Below, piece by piece: positions 21,942 through 31,646 of a stretch of DNA of 64,000 nucleotides. The stretch spans positions 128,976-192,975 of the forward strand of contig JAQGDQ010000270.1 of NCBI GenBank assembly GCA_030141605.1, in the 5' to 3' direction. This DNA is from Tubiluchus corallicola. Taxonomy: Eukaryota; Animalia; Priapulida. Made by a program: the position numbers and the translations under genes. Positions within the stretch are counted from its first letter, which is position 1; each line of letters begins with the position of its first letter. The notes beneath the pieces are model-generated. The model saw only the letters and a list, made by a program, of their open reading frames with translations, was not told the origin of the DNA and did not search any database.

Positions 21942-23474
21942 TTAGCTATCGTTATCGGAAGATGCAAAGGTGTTCTGTTGTACGTGCGCATCAAAATCCT
22001 CGCTCATCTTGGATAAAGTCCTCTCTTCGTTATTAAAATCATCATCCCCTTCATTCAAATAGCCAAATGCTTCATCGTCTAAGTTTAGAAACTGTGCTAA
22101 GCTGCTTTTAAATTTAAGCTCTACATCGCCTACAGAGCCGTTACGGTGTTTGGCTATGATCACCTCAGCGATACCTGATAGTGATCGCCCTTGAGTATCC
22201 TCCACCATGCCGTAGTATTCAGGGCGGTGAAGAAAAATTACCATATCTGCATCCTGCTCAATAGCGCCCGACTCTCTCAGGTCTGACAGTTGCGGCCTGT
22301 TTCCATCTCTGGATTCTACCGACCGATTCAGCTGTGAGAGTGCTATGATAGGAACATCCACCTCCTTTGCAATTGCCTTCAGGTTGCGTGATATGCTGCT
22401 AACTTCCTGCTCACGATTGCTTTTGTTGTCAACTCCCGCTGTCATCAACTGCAAGTAGTCGACAATTACAATGCCTATATTATATTGAGCTTTTAATCTT
22501 CGGCACTTGGCTCTAAATTCAAAGATAGAGAGAGCCGGGGTGTCATCAATAAAAAGGGGTGCGTCCTCGAGGCTTTTAATCTTTTTATCCAGCTGCTCCC
22601 ATTCCCAATTGTCAAGTATCCCGGATTTGATCTTTTCAGATCCCAGCTCTGTTTCTGAGGCAATAAGCCTGGTTGCCAACTGTGATGATGACATCTCCAG
22701 AGAGAACACTGCTACAGGGACATTATGGTCGATAGCCATATTTCTGGCCATAGAGAGTACAAAAGCTGTCTTTCCCATTGCAGGGCGTGCTGCAACAATA
22801 ATAAGGTCTGTTTTTTGCCAACCGGAAGTTATTTTGTCAAGATGCGAGAATCCGGATGGTACACCACTCAACCCGCTACCTTTTTTGGAGTTTTCCTCTA
22901 TCTGTTCTATTGCACCCCTGAGAATAGATTTTATAGGCTGGGACTGCTTAGTTATTGTCCCTTCTGTAACGCCAAATAGTTCAGATTCAGCATAGTCAAC
23001 TAATTCATCCAGCTCTATTGCATTATCAAATGCTTTATTCTGAATACTGCTTGATACGCGAATAATCTCGCGCTGCATAAATTTTTGTGCAATAATTCTT
23101 GAGTGCAATTCAATATGTGCAGCAGAGGCAACTCTTCCTGTCAGCTCGGTTATATAGACCACGCCTCCTGCCTCATCTAGTTGCTCGTTATCTCTTAGTG
23201 CCTGAGTTACAACTATAAGGTCTATGGGCTTCTCATTTGCACTTAAGTCCTGGATTGTTTTGAAAATAATCTGATTTTCTTTCTTATAAAAGCTTTCAGG
23301 TTTAAGTATATTGGCAATAGAGATATACGCGCCCTCTTCAAGCATTAGTGCGCCAAGTACGGCCTCCTCCACCTCGGGTGCTTGCGGAGGGATCTTTCCG
23401 TAGTGCTCATTAATAAAGTCAATAGATAGTTTTTTAGGCGTATTTTTACGTTTTCGTTGCTCCGTTGTTGGCAT
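21942..23474 (-). CDS. dnaB: Replicative DNA helicase
   Basis: PPQAPEVEEAVLGAL, AARPAMGKT, DYLQL, SDLRESGAIEQDAD and KHRNG motifs. Confidence 0.97.
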   Translation of the reverse strand: MPTTEQRKRKNTPKKLSIDFINEHYGKIPPQAPEVEEAVLGALMLEEGAYISIANILKPESFYKKENQIIFKTIQDLSANEKPIDLIVVTQALRDNEQLDEAGGVVYITELTGRVASAAHIELHSRIIAQKFMQREIIRVSSSIQNKAFDNAIELDELVDYAESELFGVTEGTITKQSQPIKSILRGAIEQIEENSKKGSGLSGVPSGFSHLDKITSGWQKTDLIIVAARPAMGKTAFVLSMARNMAIDHNVPVAVFSLEMSSSQLATRLIASETELGSEKIKSGILDNWEWEQLDKKIKSLEDAPLFIDDTPALSIFEFRAKCRRLKAQYNIGIVIVDYLQLMTAGVDNKSNREQEVSSISRNLKAIAKEVDVPIIALSQLNRSVESRDGNRPQLSDLRESGAIEQDADMVIFLHRPEYYGMVEDTQGRSLSGIAEVIIAKHRNGSVGDVELKFKSSLAQFLNLDDEAFGYLNEGDDDFNNEERTLSKMSEDFDAHVQQNTFASSDNDS

Positions 23475-23581
23475 GAGATTATAATAAGATTTAAAATAAA
23501 TTTATTCCCAAACCTATCAATTCAGGATAGTGAGAGTGTCGGGAGTGTCAAAACACGAAACTTTTGCAGACTCTTTCTTGT

Positions 23582-23677
23582 AAATACTTTCTTCAAAACC
23601 CTTAAGTAAACTGCGGCCTTTCATCGAATTTCCCTTAATTAGAGTCAAAATATTTCGCCTTGCAAAAGGCCTCAGCA
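23582..23677 (+). repeat. Degenerate dispersed intergenic repeat (copy)
   Basis: caaaaccctt-aagtaaactgcggcctttcatcgaatttccc...gtcaaaatatttcgccttgcaaaaggcctc matches 57387-57472 and 35048-35146. Confidence 0.75.
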
Positions 23678-23754
23678 CCCAAAATTCGGAAATATTTTTG
23701 AATACTCAAAAGTATAACTTTTCGGGCACTGAAAGTTTATTAAACCATGAATTT

Positions 23755-24744
23755 TTATGAGTTTTGCTCCAGTCCTGTCTCTATGATATTTGTAATGACC
23801 TCTTTCAGAGTTGCTCCCATTGCATTTATTTGTTGTGGTATAAAACTGGTTTCGGTCATTCCGGGCACAGTGTTTACCTCGAGAAAGAAAATTTCATCTT
23901 TTCTCAAGATATAATCGATTCTAACTATTCCATTACAGTTACACAGGTCATATATTTTTGATGAAACCCTTTGTACCTCTTCTGTCAATTCACCTGATAT
24001 TTGGGCAGGGGTGATTTCATCTGCCATGCCGGGTATATATTTTGCTTCATAATTAAAGAATTCGTTTTTTGGGAGCACCTCCGTTACCGGGAATATGGTT
24101 TTTTTATTTCCTACTTTCATTACTCCACATGTAAGCTCTTTGCCTTCTATATATTCTTCAATCAACACTTCGTTCCCTTCAGTGAATGCTTTTTTTATTG
24201 CTGCGCTCAAGTCTTCTGCTTTTTTTACTTTTGTTACGCCAAAGCTTGAGCCTCCTGCGTTAGGCTTCACAAATAGGGGTGTGTCAAGTTTGTCGACAAT
24301 CTCACTTATGGAGTAGTTGCTTTCTTTCGATAAAATATCAGACTTGGCTATTTTGATATCAAAGTTTCTGAGGTAATTGTTGCAGAAGAATTTGTTAAAC
24401 GTAAGAGCAGAGGAGCAGGTATTGCAGGTTGAGTATGGTATTCCCATCACCTCGAAATAGCCCTGTAGTAGCCCATCTTCGCCGGGAGTCCCGTGAATAA
24501 TTATATATGCATATTCAAATTTCACTTTATGGTTGACATATTCAAATGAAAAGTCAGATTTGTTTACGCTGGCAACCTGCTCTCCGTCAACGATCACATG
24601 CCACTCTCCATGCTTCATATGTACCATCCATGGAGTAAACTTCTCCCTGTCTACGGCATTAAAAACATTTACAGCGCTTTTGACTGACACTTTGTACTCT
24701 GAGGAGTTGCCACCTGCAACTATTGCAATATTTCTTTTTTCCAT
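23755..24744 (-). CDS. ddl: D-alanine--D-alanine ligase
   Basis: GGNSSEYKVSVKS, HGTPGEDG, KPNAGGSSFGV and EVNTVPGMT motifs. Confidence 0.95.
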   Translation of the reverse strand: MEKRNIAIVAGGNSSEYKVSVKSAVNVFNAVDREKFTPWMVHMKHGEWHVIVDGEQVASVNKSDFSFEYVNHKVKFEYAYIIIHGTPGEDGLLQGYFEVMGIPYSTCNTCSSALTFNKFFCNNYLRNFDIKIAKSDILSKESNYSISEIVDKLDTPLFVKPNAGGSSFGVTKVKKAEDLSAAIKKAFTEGNEVLIEEYIEGKELTCGVMKVGNKKTIFPVTEVLPKNEFFNYEAKYIPGMADEITPAQISGELTEEVQRVSSKIYDLCNCNGIVRIDYILRKDEIFFLEVNTVPGMTETSFIPQQINAMGATLKEVITNIIETGLEQNS

Positions 24745-24799
24745 CTATCGTTATAATAATAAGTTTTTTGTGTATAGCACTGGTAATCAGCTACACTTA

Positions 24800-25849
24800 T
24801 CAATGCCGATTTGATATATATGTTCTCCATTTTTCGATAACCTCTGTCATATCCTTTGGCAGCTCTGAATTAAATTCCATTTGTTCATCCGTATGGGGGT
24901 GTATAAATCCTAAAGAGCGGGCGTGAAGGGCCTGTCTGGGAATAATAGAAAAGCAGTTGTCAACAAACTGCTTGTATTTTGTAAAGGTTGTCCCCTTCAG
25001 TATCTTATCTCCACCATAGTTACTGTCATTGAATAGTGGATGTCCTATGTACTTCATGTGAACCCTTATCTGATGGGTTCTTCCTGTTTTTAATATACAT
25101 TCAACCAGGCTTACATATCCCAGTTTTTCTACAACACGATAGTATGTTACAGCAGGTTTCCCAAAATCACCATCAGGGAAGACGGTAAATACCTGTCTGT
25201 TTTTCAAGCTTCTTCCTATGTTTCCCTCAATAGTTTCCTCCTCCTTTTTTGGACTTCCCCATACGAGTGCACTATACTTACGCTTTGTTGTTTTGTTAAA
25301 AAACTGCATTGCAAGATGGTTTTTTGCCTGCTCTGCTTTTGCAATAACCATCAATCCAGTGGTGTTTTTATCTATTCGGTGTACCAGCCCTGGGCGCGGG
25401 TCGTCTCCACTATATAGGGGCAGATTTTTATATCTGTATGCCAGCGCATTTACAAGAGTTCCGGTATAGTTTCCGTGCCCGGGATGCACAACCATTCCGG
25501 CCTGTTTGTTTATTACCAGCAGGTGGTTATCCTCATACACTACATCCAATGGAATATTTTCAGGTATTATTTTTAATTCCCGCTTTGGATAGTCCATCAC
25601 TATAGATATACTATCTTCCGGTTTTATTTTATAGTTTGATTTTACAGCTATACCATTAACCAGCAAGCATGAGGCTTTGGCGGCAAGCTGTATCCTGCTC
25701 CGGGATATGGAGCTAAACCTGTTTACCAGAAATTTATCTACACGTAAAGGTTTTTGCCCGGCATCAACGGTAATATTGTAGTGTTCAAAAAGCTCATTAC
25801 CCTCTTCATTCATGCCATCTTCCGTAGTTACTTCATTCTGTTTGGACAT
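24800..25849 (-). CDS. rluD: RluA-family pseudouridine synthase (RluD-like, with S4 domain)
   Basis: HRIDKNTTG catalytic motif, TGRTHQIRVH and QALHA. Confidence 0.9.
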   Translation of the reverse strand: MSKQNEVTTEDGMNEEGNELFEHYNITVDAGQKPLRVDKFLVNRFSSISRSRIQLAAKASCLLVNGIAVKSNYKIKPEDSISIVMDYPKRELKIIPENIPLDVVYEDNHLLVINKQAGMVVHPGHGNYTGTLVNALAYRYKNLPLYSGDDPRPGLVHRIDKNTTGLMVIAKAEQAKNHLAMQFFNKTTKRKYSALVWGSPKKEEETIEGNIGRSLKNRQVFTVFPDGDFGKPAVTYYRVVEKLGYVSLVECILKTGRTHQIRVHMKYIGHPLFNDSNYGGDKILKGTTFTKYKQFVDNCFSIIPRQALHARSLGFIHPHTDEQMEFNSELPKDMTEVIEKWRTYISNRH

Positions 25850-26657
25850 GAGGTGTTATGCTCTCTTTTAGGGGTTTAGTTTCTTGTTCTTTTATGCTTA
25901 GCAGCAGATTGATATGTGTTCCAAAAGAGATCTGCTTACTTGTTTCGGGAGATGGGGATTGCTCATATATGCGTGCATTTTTCATATCTTCAGGACCGGT
26001 TATTGTTCTATCGTAATTCACCGTTCCAACGTTTAATGATACATCTTGTAGTGCTCTTTTTGCTTCATCGAGTTTCATTCCTATCAGGTCTGGCACTTTG
26101 ATTCTTCTCTCACCTATGATTTTACCCACCACGAGGTCTATATTTGTGCCGATAGGTACAAGAGTTCCCTGGCTAGCATTTTTTCCGGATATTTTTTGTT
26201 CAAGAACAAGTTTATCAAACCTTGATGGGCGAAATCTTACATTATTAAGCACCAATCCACTTGACTTAATTAAAACACGTGCCTGCCTGAGAGATACGTC
26301 TGTCAGTTTGGGTACTGTCGTTTTTTTGGGGTTTGGGGATGCGATAGTTAAATAAATTTTTCGTCCTTTTTTAATATAGTGTCCGGCCTGTGGGTTTTGT
26401 TCTACAACAGTTCCCGGAGTATAGGAGACATGGTATACAGAATCAACAACAACATACCTGACATTTTTTTTTGCCGCCATCAACCCTATATCTTTGCTAT
26501 CCAGTCCGTAAAAGTTGGGAGTAGGAAAGGCTTCCCCATGGTTTGTAAATTTAGCCAAGAAGTGTAAAGTCAGCCATAGCAGCACTACAATAAACAGTAT
26601 TGCCAATATTATATTGTAAAAAAAAGTTTTACTGGTAAGAAACTTTCTAAAGCTCAT
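25833..26657 (-). CDS. PASTA-domain protein
   Basis: N-terminal TM anchor and three VP(D/K/N)L-type PASTA repeats. Part of the conserved Bacteroidota PASTA-rluD-ddl cluster. Confidence 0.88.
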   Translation of the reverse strand: MSFRKFLTSKTFFYNIILAILFIVVLLWLTLHFLAKFTNHGEAFPTPNFYGLDSKDIGLMAAKKNVRYVVVDSVYHVSYTPGTVVEQNPQAGHYIKKGRKIYLTIASPNPKKTTVPKLTDVSLRQARVLIKSSGLVLNNVRFRPSRFDKLVLEQKISGKNASQGTLVPIGTNIDLVVGKIIGERRIKVPDLIGMKLDEAKRALQDVSLNVGTVNYDRTITGPEDMKNARIYEQSPSPETSKQISFGTHINLLLSIKEQETKPLKESITPHVQTE

Positions 26658-26727
26658 AACAAATTGTTTGCCAGATTAAAAGGCGCATCTAGTGCACATT
26701 AATATATCTGTAAATTTAGTGAAAAAA

Positions 26728-27855
26728 TCAATCGTAGCACTTTATAATATTATACAGGGTGTCCCTTTCTGTAGGAGTATACCCTGCCTGTGATATCATG
26801 TTTATCAATTCTTCAGTGGTTGCTGTCGGGCTTTGTTCATCTGAGCCGGCCATAGAGTATATTTTTGTTGAGTCGTCAATTGTTCCGTCAAGGTCATCAA
26901 CGCCAAATGACAAAGATAACTGTGCCACAGTTTTTCCAGTCATAGGCCAGTAGGCTTTTATATGGGGTATATTGTCGAGAAATAATCTGGAAATAGCATA
27001 ATTCTTCATGTCTTCTGTCAAAGTTGCTTCGGCCACATGTGAATAAGCGTTGTTATGGTGTTTGAATTTTAGAGGGATAAACGCATTAAATCCGTTTGTT
27101 CTGTCTTGTAAGTTACGCAGGCATGTCATGTGAGCGATGCGTTGTTCATAGTTTTCCAGTAACCCGTAAAGCATAGTGGAGTTGGAGGGAATATCAAGTT
27201 TGTGCGCCTCCTCATGAATTTCTAACCAACGAAGTGAGCCTATTTTCTCCGGACATATTTTGCGTCGTAATTTTTCATCAAATATTTCAGCGCCTCCTCC
27301 GGGAAGAGATCCTACTCCTGCATTTTTCAACATTGACAGCCCATGCGATAGAGATACATTGGAGATATTTATCATGTGGTCTATCTCTACAGCCGTAAAT
27401 GCTTTTATGTGAACATCAGGCAGGGCTGATTTAATTTTGCCAATGAGTTCTGTATAGAAGTGTATGTCGCGTTCGGGGTGAACACCTCCAACTATGTGAA
27501 CCTCACTTACATTTGTTCCGACATATTTTTCAGCTTTCAATAGTATGTCATCTATATCTGACTCCCAACTCCCTTTTTCTCCTTTTTCGCGACGAAAAGA
27601 GCAAAAAGAGCACCTGTTGAGACATATATTGGTCGGCTCGATATGAAAATTGCGATTAAAAAAAGCGTTATTGTCGTTTATTTTTTTCCTGGTATAACTT
27701 GACAGAATTGATAGAAAAGGCAGATCTCCTTCCAGGTAAAGCAGCAGAGCATCCTCTTCCGTTATCCTTTTACCCTTCAGCGTCTTTTTTGCAACATCCA
27801 TAAGGCCGGGAGTACTTACATGTTGCTCCAGTAGTGGAAGCAGGTAGTTTGTCAT
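26728..27855 (-). CDS. mqnE: CofH-family radical SAM enzyme, probable aminofutalosine synthase
   Basis: CLNRCSFC, HIVGG, HIKAFTAVEI, SLPGGGAEIF, NIPHIKAYW and FGVDDLDGT motifs. Confidence 0.8.
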   Translation of the reverse strand: MTNYLLPLLEQHVSTPGLMDVAKKTLKGKRITEEDALLLYLEGDLPFLSILSSYTRKKINDNNAFFNRNFHIEPTNICLNRCSFCSFRREKGEKGSWESDIDDILLKAEKYVGTNVSEVHIVGGVHPERDIHFYTELIGKIKSALPDVHIKAFTAVEIDHMINISNVSLSHGLSMLKNAGVGSLPGGGAEIFDEKLRRKICPEKIGSLRWLEIHEEAHKLDIPSNSTMLYGLLENYEQRIAHMTCLRNLQDRTNGFNAFIPLKFKHHNNAYSHVAEATLTEDMKNYAISRLFLDNIPHIKAYWPMTGKTVAQLSLSFGVDDLDGTIDDSTKIYSMAGSDEQSPTATTEELINMISQAGYTPTERDTLYNIIKCYD

Positions 27856-27924
27856 TGCGCCAGGTGAAAATTTATAATATTACAACCCCTTTTTGTATGG
27901 TTCTGTACTTTCCTGTGAAACCAC

Positions 27925-27957
27925 AAAAGGTAAAGAACATTCTGCCCCTTACCTTTT
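27925..27957 (-). terminator. Intrinsic terminator downstream of rpmH
   Basis: On the minus strand, AAAAGGUAAGGGGCA-GAA-UGUUCUUUACCUUUU pairs fully when G-U is allowed. Confidence 0.7.
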
Positions 27958-27988
27958 ATTGTAAAACTGTATGACTATTTCTTTTTGC

Positions 27989-28147
27989 CTATCTCTTATG
28001 GCGCGACTCATCGGAAACGGTCAATTTTTTGCGTCCTTTTGCACGACGGGATTTTAGCACCTTACGGCCACCCACTGTAGACATTCTGTCGCGAAACCCG
28101 TGCTTGTTTCTTCTTTTTCTATTACTTGGTTGAAATGTCCGTTTCAT
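27989..28147 (-). CDS. rpmH: 50S ribosomal protein L34
   Basis: Hand translation: [52 protein letters not shown] (52 aa, absent from the ORF track). Confidence 0.98.
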   Translation of the reverse strand: MKRTFQPSNRKRRNKHGFRDRMSTVGGRKVLKSRRAKGRKKLTVSDESRHKR

Positions 28148-28226
28148 ATCCTTATGTTTCCCAATTAATACTTTTAACTATAAACCTGCGCGATCTTAAT
28201 CTTTAAAATCACAAACTGCCAAGTTG

Positions 28227-28257
28227 CAAAAATAAGTTTTTTTTTTGTAGGTGCAAA
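28227..28257 (-). promoter_or_regulatory. rpmH promoter
   Basis: Minus strand TTTG-N19-TATTTTTG. Confidence 0.65.
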
Positions 28258-28363
28258 TGTTATAACCTGCCAGTTGGATATTATAAGTTTAGCCACTCCT
28301 CAGCCTGTTAAAGAAATAACAGGATTTTGAAGAGGTGAGGATGCCAAAAAGCACGTTATATAA

Positions 28364-28458
28364 GGGCTTTACAAGATATAACTTTTGATTCGGATTGAGA
28401 AAATTCAATGGTGAACCACCCTTTGTCGAAGCAAATGGGAGTTTTGAAAAAAATATTT
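28364..28458 (-). repeat. Degenerate dispersed intergenic repeat (inverted copy)
   Basis: Its reverse complement aaatatttttttcaaaactcccatttgcttcg...cattgaattttctcaatccgaatcaaaagttatatcttgtaaagcc aligns with 35048-35146. Confidence 0.65.
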
Positions 28459-28667
28459 AATAAAAGGGTGAGTTCTGTAAAGAGTTCATTCCAATTTTTG
28501 ATCGATTTTACCTTATAATTACCTGCTTACTGTTCTTTTGGAGAACGTATCAATTCTTTTTACTTTTGGCATATCTGAATTTTGGCTACAGTGTAATTTA
28601 CATGGCAAGTGATTGGCCAATTGATGCACTGTTGCTGTAGGTTGTAATTTTTAAAGCAATAGATCAA

Positions 28668-29600
28668 ATGAAGCTAAATCGTCGTTCGTTTTTGTCATCT
28701 GCTGCCTTGGGGGCAGGAGCAGTTGCACTTCCTTCAATGAAACCTGCAAGCCCTTTGGTACCACTAAAAAAACGTACAAAGTTTGCCGTTTCCACGTATT
28801 CTTATTGGCATTTTCGTGATCCCAAGGTTTCGATTGAAACGGTAATAGATAAGGCCTCAGAGTATGGGTTGGAGGGTGTAGATATTCTTCATCGCCAGAT
28901 GGATGGTGAGGATAATGCTTATTTGCAGGGGTTGAAGAGGCACGCTTTTGTAAATGGAGTAGACCTGGTTTCTCTTTCTATTCATCAGGACTTTGTGTCG
29001 CCTGATCCGGAAGAGTTGAAGAGACATATTGATCATACGATAAGGTGTATAGAGTTGGCGTACAAAATGGGCATTCCATGCATCAGGCTGAATTCAGGCA
29101 GGTGGGGAACCCGCAGCTCTTTTAATGACCTGATGGCGCATCGCGGTATTGAAGACCCGATTCCCGGTTATACGGAGGACGATGCTTTTAAGTGGTGTAT
29201 TGACAGTATTGAGAAGTGTCTGCCTAAAGCAAAAGAGTGTGGGGTTATCCTTGCTTTAGAGAACCATTGGGGGCTATCATCAACACCAGAGGGGATGCTT
29301 CGTATTAAAAGTGCTATTGATTCGCCGTGGCTAGGTTTTCTCTTAGATACGGGTAATTTTTTGGAAGATCCGTACGACAAGCTGGAGATGATAGCGCCAC
29401 AGGCTGTGTTTGTTCAGGCAAAAACCTATTATGGTGGTGGAGAGTGGTACACCCTTGATTTAGATTATAAGCGTATTGCGGGAATTCTTTCGGATGCCGG
29501 CTTTAATGGGTATGTGTCTCTTGAGTTTGAGGGAAAGGCCCCGGCAGATGAGGGTGTGCCTAAAAGTATAAAAATGCTGAGAAAGGCATTTGGTAGTTAA
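28668..29600 (+). CDS. Tat-exported sugar phosphate isomerase/epimerase (xylose-isomerase-like TIM barrel)
   Basis: NRRSFL twin-arginine signal, with LALENHWG, LDTGNF and SLEFEG motifs. Confidence 0.85.
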   Translation: MKLNRRSFLSSAALGAGAVALPSMKPASPLVPLKKRTKFAVSTYSYWHFRDPKVSIETVIDKASEYGLEGVDILHRQMDGEDNAYLQGLKRHAFVNGVDLVSLSIHQDFVSPDPEELKRHIDHTIRCIELAYKMGIPCIRLNSGRWGTRSSFNDLMAHRGIEDPIPGYTEDDAFKWCIDSIEKCLPKAKECGVILALENHWGLSSTPEGMLRIKSAIDSPWLGFLLDTGNFLEDPYDKLEMIAPQAVFVQAKTYYGGGEWYTLDLDYKRIAGILSDAGFNGYVSLEFEGKAPADEGVPKSIKMLRKAFGS

Positions 29601-29619
29601 AGGCAGAGGAGTAACTTTG
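29589..29619 (+). promoter_or_regulatory. mutAB promoter
   Basis: TTTG-N19-TAACTTTG, ending 33 bp before the mutA ATG. Confidence 0.7.
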
Positions 29620-29652
29620 CAGCCAGTTTTTATTTAATAGTTATACCGTGCT

Positions 29653-31617
29653 ATGGCAGAAGAAAATATAAATATATTGAATGATTTTCCTCCTGTTTCA
29701 ACTAAGGAGTGGGAGGACAAAATAGCCTCTGACCTAAAGGGTAAGGATTATGAGAGAGCTCTTGTATGGAAAACAAACGAGGGGTTTAATGTGCACCCTT
29801 ATTATAGAAGAGGGGATATTGAAAAGGTGGGAGATACTAATGCTCACTCAGGAGAGCCCTCATATTTGTGTGACAGCAACAAAAGTGGTAACGCTTGGCT
29901 GATAAGGCAGGATATTATGGTTGAAGATGTTGCCACTGCGAATAAGAAGGCAGCTGCTCTTTTAGACAAGGGTGTTAATTCACTGGGATTTGTGTTTGAA
30001 GGGTGCTCAAAGCTTACCATTCGCGATCTTGATATTTTGCTTAGTGGCATTTGTCTTGAGGCTGTTGAGGTGAATTTGGTGTGTAATTGTGTCAATTTAT
30101 TGTATGCCAGAGTTTTTGCTGAGTATATAAGGAAAAATAGCTCTGATAAGTCCAAAGTTAAGGCTTCTGTGAGTGTTGATCCTATTAGCGATTTTATGCT
30201 GACCGGCAGGTTTTATTCAGATGAGGGGGCGGTTTTTTCAGATGTGAAGAGTCTGGTGGAGGATACTTCCGATATTATTGGGATGAGTACGATCTCTGTA
30301 GCGGGGAAAAATTTCAGTAATGCAGGTTCCTCTATTGTACAGGAGCTGGCGTTTTCACTTGCTATGGGGGTAGAGTACCTTACCAACATTACGGATGCGG
30401 GTGTTGATGCAGGTATTGTTGCTCCCAAGATGCGTTTTAACCTGGGGGTTAGCAGTAATTATTTTATGGAGTTGGCAAAGCTGCGTGCGGGGAGGATGTT
30501 GTGGGCTCGGATTGTGGGAGCATTTAAGCCAAAATGCAACTGTCCTGAGTGGTGCTGTGCGAAGGAGAAGTGTTGTGATGGGGAGGTGTGCCGGTGTGCC
30601 GGTAAAATGCATATCCATTCCGAAACTTCGGTGTGGAACAAGACTGTGTATGATCCATATGTCAACATGCTAAGAACACAGACGGAGGCTATGTCGGCTT
30701 CTTTAGGCGGGACCAACTCTTTGACGGTGTTGCCATTCAATGTTACTTATGAGGATCCTACCGAGTTTTCCGAGCGTATAGCACGCAATCAGCAGATATT
30801 GCTAAAAGAGGAGTCCCATTTTGATAAGGTTGCCGACCCGGCAGCAGGGTCATATTATATAGAGTTCCTTACTACATCAATTGCGAAAGAGGCCTGGGAG
30901 CTGTTTATGAAGGTGCAGGATAAGGGCGGTTTTATCGCTGCTTTTTATGAAGGTTTTATTCAGTCTGAGATAGGTTCCATGGCTGAAAAAAGACGTAATA
31001 ATGTGGCTACGAGAAAGGAGAATTTACTGGGTGTGAATCAATTTCCTGATTTTACGGAATATATTGATAGTGAGGTTAACTCACAGCTATTTGAAGTAGA
31101 GGAGAGGGCTGTGGAGGGAGCAAAGGCTGAGACTTTGAAGCTTTTCCGTGGTGCCAGAGATTTGGAAGCGCTGCGATATGCGACAGATAGGCACGCCAGA
31201 GATAATAAGCGCCCGGTAGCCTTTATGCTTACCATAGGCAATTTGGCTATGCGCAAGGCGAGGGCTCAGTTTTCATGTAACTTTTTTGCTGTTGCAGGCT
31301 ATAAGGTTATTGATAATAATGGGTTTAAAACAGTGGGGGAGGGTGTTGAGGCAGCCAAAGCTGCAAGTGCGGATATAGTTGTAATGTGCAGCTCCGATGA
31401 TGAATACGCCAGTTTGGCGCCTGCCGCTTTTGAGCAGCTGGGGAGCGATGTAGTGTTTGTGGTAGCAGGAGCGCCTGCCTGTGCTGGCGATCTCAAATCT
31501 GTTGGTGTTGAGAACTTTATTAATGTAAAGACAAATTTGCTGAGTGCACTGAAAGAGTACAATGCAAAGCTAGGGGTGAAAATAAAAGACTGTTGTAAAA
31601 GCGGGGAAGGTTGTTGA
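29653..31617 (+). CDS. mutA: Methylmalonyl-CoA mutase small (beta) subunit
   Basis: FPPVSTKEW, YFMELAKLRAGR, DPYVNMLRTQTEAMSA, DPAAGSYYIE and RAQFSCNFF motifs. Lies upstream of the large subunit. Confidence 0.93.
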   Translation: MAEENINILNDFPPVSTKEWEDKIASDLKGKDYERALVWKTNEGFNVHPYYRRGDIEKVGDTNAHSGEPSYLCDSNKSGNAWLIRQDIMVEDVATANKKAAALLDKGVNSLGFVFEGCSKLTIRDLDILLSGICLEAVEVNLVCNCVNLLYARVFAEYIRKNSSDKSKVKASVSVDPISDFMLTGRFYSDEGAVFSDVKSLVEDTSDIIGMSTISVAGKNFSNAGSSIVQELAFSLAMGVEYLTNITDAGVDAGIVAPKMRFNLGVSSNYFMELAKLRAGRMLWARIVGAFKPKCNCPEWCCAKEKCCDGEVCRCAGKMHIHSETSVWNKTVYDPYVNMLRTQTEAMSASLGGTNSLTVLPFNVTYEDPTEFSERIARNQQILLKEESHFDKVADPAAGSYYIEFLTTSIAKEAWELFMKVQDKGGFIAAFYEGFIQSEIGSMAEKRRNNVATRKENLLGVNQFPDFTEYIDSEVNSQLFEVEERAVEGAKAETLKLFRGARDLEALRYATDRHARDNKRPVAFMLTIGNLAMRKARAQFSCNFFAVAGYKVIDNNGFKTVGEGVEAAKAASADIVVMCSSDDEYASLAPAAFEQLGSDVVFVVAGAPACAGDLKSVGVENFINVKTNLLSALKEYNAKLGVKIKDCCKSGEGC

Positions 31618-31646
31618 AATTAACTTTTTAAATTGAATAGAGATTC

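Noticed and set aside
28148-28667. Possible oriC next to rpmH
   Set aside because: No dnaA gene and no cluster of TTATCCACA-type boxes seen. The spacer is explained by promoters and a repeat copy.
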